A stretch of DNA of 37,902 bases from a virus: positions 1 to 37,902 of the IMG/VR virus record IMGVR_UViG_3300047172_000021; one strand, 5' to 3'. Shown here one piece after another: positions 1 to 6,681 of this stretch. The notes under the pieces were generated by a model that saw nothing but the letters and a program-made list of their open reading frames with translations, did no database searches and was not told the DNA's origin. The stretch's first letter is position 1; each line of letters opens with the position of its first letter. The translations under genes were made by a program, and so were the position numbers.

Positions 1-127
1 TGCCCTGGATGCGCTGGGCCTTTTTCAGTGCCGCTGATTCGGTGCGGGCTTTTACTTCCAACATTTTCTCGCTAGGGCCAGAGATTCCGTATTCGATTAC
101 TTTGAATTTGAAGGTTTTCATTTTCGT
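1..127. repeat. Terminal direct repeat, copy 1 (identical to 37776..37902); circular-assembly overlap or short DTR
   Basis: Read directly: bases 1-127 (tgccctggatgcgctggg...aaggttttcattttcgt) recur base for base at 37776-37902. Unit genome length is 37,775 bp. Confidence 0.95.
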
Positions 128-365
128 CTCCTTGTTGAATACAGAATAGCAGTGTGTATAATAAAGCAAGGTCTTTTTTATACATTATCTCATTTTGTGC
201 CAAGTCCTCTATATTCGCCGTCATTTGCTAGACTCTCTCCTACAGTCTAAATTCTCATTACTTGTCCTCAAGGGATAGTTACCTTCCATTATTCCTCATC
301 CTTCCGACATCCGCGCACAAATACCAAGCATACCGAGACCAAAAAGACCCATAATACCAAATAAA

Positions 366-587
366 TCACCTAACCCATCCTTTGTAATTTAATGTATTTT
401 TGTAATGATTATTAAGCTCTTTAAGTTCTGGAATGGTTTTAATAAAAACACTCCATCTAGGCATAGATATTCTCAAAGCCCCAGCCGCTGATGACATAGA
501 CCCACCTTGTTCTATATGCTTTGTTACAATTGGAAGGAATGCCGGCTCCCATTTTATTACAGTGTTTCTTTTTGGTTTGTACGGCAT
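366..587 (-). CDS. Small HTH DNA-binding protein (HTH resembles terminase-small-subunit-like phage proteins); function uncertain
   Basis: ORF track 366..626 starts at GTG. I prefer the ATG at 585-587 because GGGGAGG lies 4 nt upstream (plus 591-600 acctccccgc). The segment GGSMSSAAGALRISMPRWSVFIKTIPELKE looks like an HTH. Confidence 0.5.
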   Translation of the reverse strand: MPYKPKRNTVIKWEPAFLPIVTKHIEQGGSMSSAAGALRISMPRWSVFIKTIPELKELNNHYKNTLNYKGWVR

Positions 588-625
588 TAAACCTCCCCGC
601 CTCTTGTGACGTTCAACCCTGTTCA

Positions 626-832
626 CTAAGATAGTTTGTCCTGTTTGATCATCGCAATGTGTGGGTTTGGTTTATCGAAACAGTCCCGACTTATCCAGCC
701 AGACACAAAAGCCTCTATTATAATTTCAGCTATAGTTCTGCTTGCCGCCCCCATAAGCGCCCCACGCAAATGAAGCTCTGCAAATTCATGCGCTATAATT
801 AATAAGTCTTTGTCTGTCATTGATTTCATCAT
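626..832 (-). CDS. Hypothetical protein
   Basis: ORF track, 68 aa. The ATGATG start overlaps the upstream stop (TAATGATG), which fits operon coupling. Confidence 0.5.
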   Translation of the reverse strand: MMKSMTDKDLLIIAHEFAELHLRGALMGAASRTIAEIIIEAFVSGWISRDCFDKPNPHIAMIKQDKLS

Positions 833-1050
833 TATTTAGATTGTTCTTTTTCTGGCTCAATAAACCAGTTGTATTGCATGTCTTTTAAATCCACCGATTT
901 AAATATCCTGACCCGCCCAAGTATTTTTAAAACCTCTTCCTCAACAATCGCACGAGAAGCTTCGTTAAGCCTAAACTTAATTGACTCTCTGAGGGTTATA
1001 ACCTCTTCATCCCAATTTGATGACCGGATCATGCTATGAATCGTTTTCAT
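832..1050 (-). CDS. Hypothetical protein
   Basis: ORF track 832..1074 starts at TTG. The ATG at 1048-1050 (MKTIHSM...) is preceded by AGGAG about 10 nt upstream. Confidence 0.5.
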   Translation of the reverse strand: MKTIHSMIRSSNWDEEVITLRESIKFRLNEASRAIVEEEVLKILGRVRIFKSVDLKDMQYNWFIEPEKEQSK

Positions 1051-1057
1051 ATTAAGA

Positions 1058-1279
1058 CTACTCCTGCTCGCCAAGCTCTTTTAAAACCATTTTAGCCTTT
1101 ATTATCGATGCGGCCGCTATGGAATCGTTTCGAATATCAAATCCAATGGATAATAATGAATTGCCATGATCTTTAGCCGGAATGACTGCCGATGGATTTG
1201 AATCATCCCAAAATTTGTCGATATCCTTAAGAAGCGCCGCTATGGCCTTGTCATAGGAGTCCTTCAAATAAGGGCACAT
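1058..1279 (-). CDS. Hypothetical protein
   Basis: ORF track 1058..1285 starts at GTG. An ATG at 1277-1279 gives MCPYLKD... and lies immediately after the stop of the Gly-repeat ORF. Confidence 0.5.
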   Translation of the reverse strand: MCPYLKDSYDKAIAALLKDIDKFWDDSNPSAVIPAKDHGNSLLSIGFDIRNDSIAAASIIKAKMVLKELGEQE

Positions 1280-1281
1280 GA

Positions 1282-1614
1282 TCACCAGCCTAAGCCGTTG
1301 CCGTCGCCGTTGCCGCCGTCGCCGTCGCCGCCGTAGCCGCCGCCGTCGCCGCCGCCGCCGCCGTGGCCGTAGCCGTTGCCGTGGCCGTTGCCGTGGCCGT
1401 TGCCGTTGCCGTGGCCGTGGCCGTCGCCGTAGCCGTTGCCGTCGCCGTAGCCGTTGCCGTTGCCGTTGCCGTTGCCGTCGCCGTAGCCGTTGCCGTCGCC
1501 GTTGCCGTTGCCGTTGCCGTTGCCGTGGCCGTAGCCGTCGCCGTCGCCGTAGCCGTTGCCGTGCTGCAAGCCTACGGTTTGCGCGTCCTCACCTTTTAAA
1601 GCAAACTTTTCCAT
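1282..1614 (-). CDS. Gly-X dipeptide-repeat protein (GN/GD/GY/GH)n, 110 aa
   Basis: ORF track. The ATG at 1612-1614 is preceded by GAGGAAAA. The ORF is on the same strand as the operon and overlaps neighbours in the coupled style. A 19-aa N-terminus (MEKFALKGEDAQTVGLQHG) is followed by about 90 residues with Gly at every second position, ending in GLGW. Confidence 0.5.
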   Translation of the reverse strand: MEKFALKGEDAQTVGLQHGNGYGDGDGYGHGNGNGNGNGDGNGYGDGNGNGNGNGYGDGNGYGDGHGHGNGNGHGNGHGNGYGHGGGGGDGGGYGGDGDGGNGDGNGLGW

Positions 1615-1985
1615 TTTTCCTCGTTAACTGCGATTGTCGCGACGATAGTGAGATAATCGAATTCCACCGTCCCGTTTGTTGGATCGAGCTTTGTATCTTT
1701 TGTCGGACCATCTTTTGCAATTTCACCGAGACCCTTTGTTGTTCCCCAATTTCTTATAACGGCGGCGCTATGGACCTTACATTCAGAACCAGTTTTTTCC
1801 ATTTTTCCAACAATCACCCAGCCTCGCTGAAGTACGATTATTTTCCAGTCGCCGGAATATTCTTGTTTTATATCTGGCGTTGAATAATAGGTTTTTCCGT
1901 TTACTGTAATTGTCTCTGCTGATATTTGCACACTCTCTCCTGTGTTTAGTTTACGATAATGGTGCCATAATTGATTAAAATTCAT
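1596..1985 (-). CDS. Hypothetical phage protein
   Basis: ORF track, 129 aa. ATGA overlap with the recT stop. Sequence composition looks globular (RNWGTTKGLGEIAKDGP). Confidence 0.6.
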   Translation of the reverse strand: MNFNQLWHHYRKLNTGESVQISAETITVNGKTYYSTPDIKQEYSGDWKIIVLQRGWVIVGKMEKTGSECKVHSAAVIRNWGTTKGLGEIAKDGPTKDTKLDPTNGTVEFDYLTIVATIAVNEEKWKSLL

Positions 1986-2851
1986 TTACTCTCGAGCTTC
2001 TTCATTACAGCCGCTAGCTGAAATTGCTTTATATGCATAGCTGAATCTATTCCCATGTTTTTTAGCCTTAAGTCAACGGCCTCTTTTCCTTGATTGTGCC
2101 AGACCTTACATTGTTCATAAAGTTTTTGATAGTCCGACATGCTTATTGGCGACTCGTTCCTAACTTCTTTTTCTGAAGCACCATTTCTTTTAGGGTCTTG
2201 TTGAGTCTGCGTGAGTGCTCCAGAAGGACCTCCAGCCGACGCTGATCCTTCAAGAGTTGGTTTATTATTTGATTCTTTTGGTCTATTGTTTCCTGTGGGT
2301 TTTGCATCGCTTGTTTCCTTTTCTGCTTGCTCCATTTCATCTGAGCTGTAAATCCCGCTTAAATCGTTTGGGAAAGCCTTTCGAAGGGCTAGGGACTCTG
2401 CGACTTTTGCAATCATGAGGGCGGGCATTTTATTCCACATGAAGGTCAAATCTCCATTAGCTTTATATCCAGCATATTCCTGGAAATGCGCTATGCCGTA
2501 AAGGGCTTCTCTAAATTTAGAACGATAGACGCCGACTCTAGCCGCCCACGGAGCTTTTTCATGCAACCAAACGTCTTTCCAGACCCCGTCCTCTCCGCAC
2601 CACTCAGTTTTGGTCTGTCCTTCATAGTCACCAGATCTTTCAGCAATTAGTCTGAACCCATCAATGCTAGATACAATTGTTACTTTGCCGTTATTGTCTT
2701 TGATAAAATAAATCTGCTTTGAAAATGGGTCTAGCCCTGTTCGTTTGCATTGGTTGATAAAAAGGTTGAATTCGTCACTAGACGCCCCTTTCGCTATTGT
2801 TTTCTTTAAAAGCTCAATTTGATCTTCTGAATACACAACAAGATTGCTCAT
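1982..2851 (-). CDS. recT: RecT/Bet-family single-strand annealing recombinase
   Basis: 289 aa. The N-terminal two thirds read like the RecT family (FNLFINQCKRTGLDPFSKQIYFI, SIDGFRLIAERSG, MWNKMPALMIAKVAESLALRKAFPNDLSGIY). The acidic/Ser-rich C-terminal tail is typical. Confidence 0.85.
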   Translation of the reverse strand: MSNLVVYSEDQIELLKKTIAKGASSDEFNLFINQCKRTGLDPFSKQIYFIKDNNGKVTIVSSIDGFRLIAERSGDYEGQTKTEWCGEDGVWKDVWLHEKAPWAARVGVYRSKFREALYGIAHFQEYAGYKANGDLTFMWNKMPALMIAKVAESLALRKAFPNDLSGIYSSDEMEQAEKETSDAKPTGNNRPKESNNKPTLEGSASAGGPSGALTQTQQDPKRNGASEKEVRNESPISMSDYQKLYEQCKVWHNQGKEAVDLRLKNMGIDSAMHIKQFQLAAVMKKLESK

Positions 2852-3672
2852 TTTGCGGCCCTCAATAGTTTTAATAATTTATCAGCAAATTTAACATAGG
2901 CATTTTGTCTAGCAGCAGCATCAGCAAAAGCAACAGCATCAGCAAAAGCAACAGCCGCATCAGCAACAGCAGCAGCATAAGCAGCAAAAGCAGCATCAGC
3001 AGCAGCATAAGCAGCAAAAGCAACAGCAGCATCAGCAGCAAAAGCAGCATCAGCAACAGCATCAGCATTATAAACAGCATAAGCAGCATAAGCATAAGCA
3101 GCAGCAGCAGCAAAAGCAGCATCAGCAACAGCAACAGCATCAGCATCATAAACAGCATAAGCAGCAAAAGCAGCAGCATCAGCAGCAGAATCATCAACAG
3201 CATCATAAACAGCATCAGCAGCATCAGCAGCAGCACGCCTAGCTATTAAAAGGTCATCATAATTTATTACATCTTTTTTAAGTTCTTTTAGAACACCATC
3301 AACTGCTTTTATGGATCGTTCATTTTTAGCAGACTCTCTTGCGCTCTCCACAATAAAGATCAGCATCGGTATTAAGCATTTTGAAAGGTCTGCTCCTGGT
3401 GTAATGGCCTCTAAGAATTCACCGGGCCAACTTATCGCTCGATCATTTGGCAATCCTTCAAAAATTCGATCTTCAAGTTTTGCAATCCACTGTGGAATGC
3501 CTAGCTCTTTCTCATAAGCAGCATGGTCTGAGCCGTGAATGGTACAGCCGACAGCGCAACCCTTTCCGCCTTGCCAATATTGACCCTTAATAATCTGATC
3601 AAGCTTTTGGTGTTTTAAAACTCGATTCAAGTATTTATCTTTAATCTCTTGTTTTCCATGAAACGCAATCAT
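2848..3672 (-). CDS. Protein with a globular N-domain and an Ala-rich (A/D/F/Y/V) low-complexity C-terminal repeat
   Basis: ORF track, 274 aa. ATGA overlaps on both sides. N-domain carries QGGKGCAVGCTIHGSDH...LGIPQWIAKLEDRIFEGL. About 110 residues are of the type AADAAFAAYAAAVADAAVAFADA, encoded almost entirely by GCT/GAT/TTT/TAT/GTT codons. Confidence 0.65.
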   Translation of the reverse strand: MIAFHGKQEIKDKYLNRVLKHQKLDQIIKGQYWQGGKGCAVGCTIHGSDHAAYEKELGIPQWIAKLEDRIFEGLPNDRAISWPGEFLEAITPGADLSKCLIPMLIFIVESARESAKNERSIKAVDGVLKELKKDVINYDDLLIARRAAADAADAVYDAVDDSAADAAAFAAYAVYDADAVAVADAAFAAAAAYAYAAYAVYNADAVADAAFAADAAVAFAAYAAADAAFAAYAAAVADAAVAFADAVAFADAAARQNAYVKFADKLLKLLRAAK

Positions 3673-4190
3673 GATCTAACCCCAGGAATGAGTTTATATG
3701 TTGTGTTTAATACTGCGCCAGGGATCTCATCAGAATGATTCAGCAGCGCCATTTTAATAGCAATCTTGTCGGGCTCTATAGTTATTTTCTCTCTGCAAAA
3801 CGTTGCAGGAATTTGTTTTATATCTAAAATCTCAACGCTAGGAGAGCCTTTAGCAAGCTTGTACTGATGTTCTATTCCATTTAACTCAGTAACCTGTAGC
3901 TCAATCATTGATTGTTTAAGTCGTGTTTTTAAAAACTCCAAGGACCTGTTGTAAATTCCCTTTTTTGCCTGGTGCTGTTTAATGAACAGCTCATGTTGCG
4001 CAATCTTAGATTCAAGGGTGAGCTGCATGTTTCTATAGTTGTCTATTTTTGATTCTAAATCTAAGGCATTTTCGTTCATCCAAATGGTTACAATGTCCTC
4101 AATCTCAACATTGGTCACCTCGCCACCAGATTCGTCTAATAGCTGATTAATGGCGTGTCTGTCGTTTACAAGGTCTAGAAGAGTTTTCAT
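3669..4190 (-). CDS. Gp157-like protein (Siphovirus Gp157 family, usually linked to RecT/Erf modules)
   Basis: ORF track 3669..4232. I start at ATG 4188-4190 (MKTLLDLVN...), which is preceded by AGGAG and overlaps the upstream TGA (ATGA). The coiled-coil N-half, the C-terminal ...IPGAVL... pattern and the adjacency to recT all fit Gp157. Confidence 0.65.
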   Translation of the reverse strand: MKTLLDLVNDRHAINQLLDESGGEVTNVEIEDIVTIWMNENALDLESKIDNYRNMQLTLESKIAQHELFIKQHQAKKGIYNRSLEFLKTRLKQSMIELQVTELNGIEHQYKLAKGSPSVEILDIKQIPATFCREKITIEPDKIAIKMALLNHSDEIPGAVLNTTYKLIPGVRS

Positions 4191-4435
4191 ATAGACTCCT
4201 TTCCAATATAATCGTCCACATAGCTTTGGCACTTTTCGGCTAATTTTTCATTTGGCCCATTGTGGGCCCATGAAGATGGCATTAAATACACCCAGTCATT
4301 AAACACAAAAGCCCCTTGAACACACGATAACCAAACAGCAATCTCTCTAACAATTCCACTTCCATCAAAGCCAATTGTTATTTTTTCCTCATCGACCTCG
4401 ATGGTTCTCTCGTTGTAAATAATGATTTGATTCAT
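4187..4435 (-). CDS. Hypothetical protein
   Basis: ORF track 4187..4465. The ATG at 4433-4435 (MNQIIIYN...) overlaps the XRE gene stop (ATGA). Confidence 0.5.
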   Translation of the reverse strand: MNQIIIYNERTIEVDEEKITIGFDGSGIVREIAVWLSCVQGAFVFNDWVYLMPSSWAHNGPNEKLAEKCQSYVDDYIGKESI

Positions 4436-4656
4436 AGTAACCCTTTCAGTTTCGTGACAGACCAAATGTTTCCAAGCTCTTCCTCTAATCGGACAAGAGT
4501 AGTAATAGAAAAGTCCCTCTTCCCGTTCTCGTAATTGGCAACGCTTGTTTGCCCCACACCAAGCTTTCTTCCAAGCTCTGCTTGCGTCAGCTTTCGTGCT
4601 TTTCTTAAATTCCGTATCGTATAACCAAGCTCTCGCCTAAATCTCTTCTCGTTCAT
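4432..4656 (-). CDS. XRE/Cro-CI family helix-turn-helix transcriptional regulator
   Basis: ORF track 4432..4704. The ATG at 4654-4656 is preceded by AAGGAG (plus 4661-4667 ctccttg). HTH signature: LTQAELGRKLGVGQTSVANYENGKR. Confidence 0.8.
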   Translation of the reverse strand: MNEKRFRRELGYTIRNLRKARKLTQAELGRKLGVGQTSVANYENGKRDFSITTLVRLEEELGNIWSVTKLKGLL

Positions 4657-4675
4657 AACTCTCCTTGTTGGAGAC

Positions 4676-4704
4676 AGTATCGCATAGCATGATACCACTG
4701 TCAA
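4676..4704 (-). promoter_or_regulatory. Sigma70-like promoter for the XRE/recombination operon (TTGACA-17 nt-GATACT)
   Basis: The minus strand reads TTGACAGTGGTATCATGCTATGCGATACT. The -35 is at 4699-4704 and the -10 at 4676-4681 with a 17-nt spacer. It sits about 20 nt upstream of the AAGGAG/ATG of the XRE gene. Confidence 0.45.
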
Positions 4705-4719
4705 GCATAATATATAATG

Positions 4720-5364
4720 TTATTTGATAGTATATGGGCTTGGGCCTTTCCCTAATGACCATAAAATGGCGGCGTTGTTTAATTCATCGTGTTTTTTGCG
4801 TATAATGGCCATTCTTTTTTCTTTGGCTTTGCTTCTTGCTTGTTTTTGAAAGGTTTTGGTTGCCCGCTTAAATTCCTTAAAAGGCTTTTTAAATTTGGTT
4901 TTAGGTTTTGGCTTATATATTGGTTCAACGGGAATATTAAGGATTTCATGTATTTTGTTTAAACAGCGAAAAGCACCCAATTCGTCATATGCCGTCACTC
5001 TTAAAACGGTATAGCCTGCTTTTGAAAACAACAGGTCGCGCCTTTGATCATATTCCTTTTGATCGTCGTGAATAGAGCCATCAATCTCAATGACTAGGCT
5101 TTGTTCAAAAATAAAAAAATCAGCAAAAAACCGATTCAAGATATTAAAATTCTTATGAACATTAAGATTTAAATGGCCAAATTTTAACTCTAATTTCTGT
5201 TGAAACCATACTTCAGAACGATACTTTTTTGCATTAAGCTCAAACCTTCTATTCTTCAAAATCTCCAGTGGGAGGCTGACTATGCCTAAAGACTTAGCTC
5301 TTTTATTCTCAATTCTCCATCTCTTAATTCTAAGCTTTGAAACTTCAATGAACCTTATTCCCAT
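4720..5364 (-). CDS. DUF559-type (Vsr-like, PD-(D/E)xK fold) endonuclease domain protein with a Lys-rich C-terminal tail; possible selfish nuclease
   Basis: ORF track, 214 aa. SD is TAAGGAGAAATTC-ATG. The core FFADFFIFEQSLVIEIDGSIHDDQKEYDQRRDLLFSKAGYTVLRV matches the DUF559 pattern (D..vvE.DG..H...D..R...L...G..vlR). Confidence 0.7.
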   Translation of the reverse strand: MGIRFIEVSKLRIKRWRIENKRAKSLGIVSLPLEILKNRRFELNAKKYRSEVWFQQKLELKFGHLNLNVHKNFNILNRFFADFFIFEQSLVIEIDGSIHDDQKEYDQRRDLLFSKAGYTVLRVTAYDELGAFRCLNKIHEILNIPVEPIYKPKPKTKFKKPFKEFKRATKTFQKQARSKAKEKRMAIIRKKHDELNNAAILWSLGKGPSPYTIK

Positions 5365-5689
5365 GAATTTCTCCTTAGATCCGAGTCCCGAAGGTATGGG
5401 TTCCCCCTACCCCCACAGAGTATAAAACCGAAGTAGTCCCAAGATTTCTCCTTGAGTCGTCGCCCTTCCGGCATATAGATGTCCACACTCGTTTAAAGCT
5501 TTCGCTTCGGAGTCAAGGTAGGTAGCTTCTATAAAGCATTTTCCCCCTCACGCCACATGGGTATTCCCATGAACAATCTGTGAGGATTTTGGCCCACTCC
5601 GTCTCTTTCTAGAGACAATAGCTAAAAATTTGACATTGAGGTTCTTAAGAATTAATCTCAGCCCAATGTGATTTCAGCCTTCACACTCT
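5365..5689 (-). other. Long non-coding, hairpin-rich region (candidate structured RNA/leader or origin)
   Basis: No ORF over 40 codons with an SD on either strand. Minus-strand hairpins: GTCTCT-AGAA-AGAGAC (5601-5616); CCTCAC...GTGAGG (5546-5585) enclosing CATGGG-AATA-CCCATG (5556-5571); AAGC-GAAA-GCTT (5496-5507); GCC-GGAAG-GGC (5462-5472); GGG-GGAA-CCC (5398-5407). There are two CC/AC-UUCG-GG/GU loops (5387-5394, 5427-5434). Confidence 0.3.
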
Positions 5690-5720
5690 ATGGCCCTTGC
5701 TCTTAATTGACAAGGGCCAT
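5690..5720 (-). terminator. Stable 10-bp hairpin ending the late (structural/lysis) operon
   Basis: ATGGCCCTTG-11 nt-CAAGGGCCAT lies 30 nt after the lipoprotein gene stop. The T-run (ttgtctttt) is on the plus-strand side only, so intrinsic termination for minus-strand transcripts is not certain. Confidence 0.4.
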
Positions 5721-5750
5721 TGTCTTTTGAAGCGGTGTCTATAAATAAAT

Positions 5751-6158
5751 TTATTGAAAAAGAGACGCGGCTTTTGCCTTTAAGGTGTCCACGTGATTGA
5801 AAAATTGCTTAGCTTGGGCTTTTTCTGTTGGAGTCATATATTGACATTCTCCATTTTCAAAAGAACAGAGCTTTTCTATAATTGCTTTTATGTCTGTTAA
5901 AGTATCAACACTTGTTGCAACCATCGGATGGGTTAGATCATTCCACATACCCCAAAACTCGGCAGTTGTAAGATTTGTTTGAATATTGTCTAAAGTACCG
6001 AATTGGACAGCGCCTTCGGGCCCTAGAGAGCCAATGAACTGATAGTCCTTTACTTGTACGGATGAACAACTAGGAAGGAATATTAGAGCTAGAGCCATTC
6101 CAATGAATGAGAGACCCGTACGCATTAGACGCATTTTGGACGGCTTGATTGATTGCAT
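5751..6158 (-). CDS. Putative lipoprotein (o-spanin-like or superinfection-exclusion type)
   Basis: ORF track, 135 aa. AAGGAG lies 6 nt before the ATG. Signal peptide MQSIKPSKMRLMRTGLSFIGMALALIFLPSC has a lipobox-like LPSC. It is the last gene of the lysis cassette and its 5' end overlaps the previous ORF out of frame. Confidence 0.6.
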   Translation of the reverse strand: MQSIKPSKMRLMRTGLSFIGMALALIFLPSCSSVQVKDYQFIGSLGPEGAVQFGTLDNIQTNLTTAEFWGMWNDLTHPMVATSVDTLTDIKAIIEKLCSFENGECQYMTPTEKAQAKQFFNHVDTLKAKAASLFQ

Positions 6159-6462
6159 CTTGATCTCCTTTGTTAATGGCTTCTTGCAAAGCTAGCGCGG
6201 CCTGAAGGCAACTTGATTCCTCTCCCTTAGTTTGAACGTCTATGACAATGGAAGTAAGCCCTTTTGCAACATAAGCATTTACAATTTGGCCTAGATATTG
6301 AACCCCCTGGTCAACCAATAGAGCTACTGGCGGAAGGGCTAAGATTGCAGGGTCAAGGGTCGTAATATAAGCCTCAGCCGCAACGTCCCCGCCCTTAATC
6401 AAAGCACTGATAATGTTATTGAAGAAATCTGCAACCGCATTATCAGTGCTAGGCGCGCTCAT
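6070..6462 (-). CDS. Hypothetical protein of the lysis cassette (Ala/Leu-rich)
   Basis: ORF track, 130 aa. Abuts the upstream gene. The 3' 89 nt overlap the lipoprotein gene start. Confidence 0.5.
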   Translation of the reverse strand: MSAPSTDNAVADFFNNIISALIKGGDVAAEAYITTLDPAILALPPVALLVDQGVQYLGQIVNAYVAKGLTSIVIDVQTKGEESSCLQAALALQEAINKGDQDAINQAVQNASNAYGSLIHWNGSSSNIPS

Positions 6463-6681
6463 TTATGAAACAACCGGAATTTTTGCAATTAAGCTCGCGA
6501 GCGCTGCTTGCAATGCTGGATTTACAACAGTCTCAACGGCTACCGCTGTCGCTTGATCAGCCGCCGGAAGCAGAGTGTTTGCTTCTTCTTCCAAAGCTGG
6601 CAAAAGGCCTGCCGCTAAAATTGGAAGGTCTGCGGCTTCAAGTTTTCCTAAAATAGCCATAACCTGTGGTGTAAGTGACAT
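6463..6681 (-). CDS. Hypothetical small Ala/Leu-rich protein
   Basis: ORF track, 72 aa. SD is AAGGAGAAATTGA-ATG (plus 6682-6700). Confidence 0.5.
   Translation of the reverse strand: MSLTPQVMAILGKLEAADLPILAAGLLPALEEEANTLLPAADQATAVAVETVVNPALQAALASLIAKIPVVS

Noticed and set aside
296-352. 18-codon hydrophobic mini-ORF (MGLFGLGMLGICARMSEG) and other tiny ORFs in the 122..365 gap
   Set aside because: They have no SD and are very short, and nothing distinguishes them from chance ORFs. The gap more plausibly holds promoter or leader sequence for the gene at 121.
1291-1560. Possible CRISPR array or other spaced repeat
   Set aside because: The period is only 6 nt, with no unique spacers, no 25-40-nt repeat unit and no cas genes. 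It is a coding-type microsatellite.
1278-1883. Plus-strand 201-aa Arg/Cys-rich ORF and the 78-aa (AV)n ORF (1363..1599) over the hexamer tract
   Set aside because: They are alternate-frame or antisense readings of the (GCCGTN)n repeat. They lie on the strand opposite to the whole operon, have no SD, and run through the neighbouring real gene (1596..1985) antisense.
2871-3249. 121-aa Leu/Met-only ORF (minus) and 114-aa Ser/Ile/Asn ORF (plus) over the Ala-rich repeat
   Set aside because: These are frame-shifted and antisense readings of the GCT/GAT/TTT codon-monotone tract. Only the Ala-rich frame is continuous with a globular N-domain and has coupled start/stop overlaps.
4432-4704. Calling the phage temperate on the basis of the XRE and RHH regulators
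   Set aside because: I found no integrase, excisionase, partition system or CI-like protein with a C-terminal peptidase domain. Small XRE/RHH regulators are also common in virulent phages.
5365-5450. tRNA or tmRNA-like gene suggested by gggttccccc (T-loop-like) and several short stems
   Set aside because: I could not assemble a cloverleaf (acceptor, D and anticodon arms) around it on either strand, and there is no GTTCRANYC T-loop consensus.
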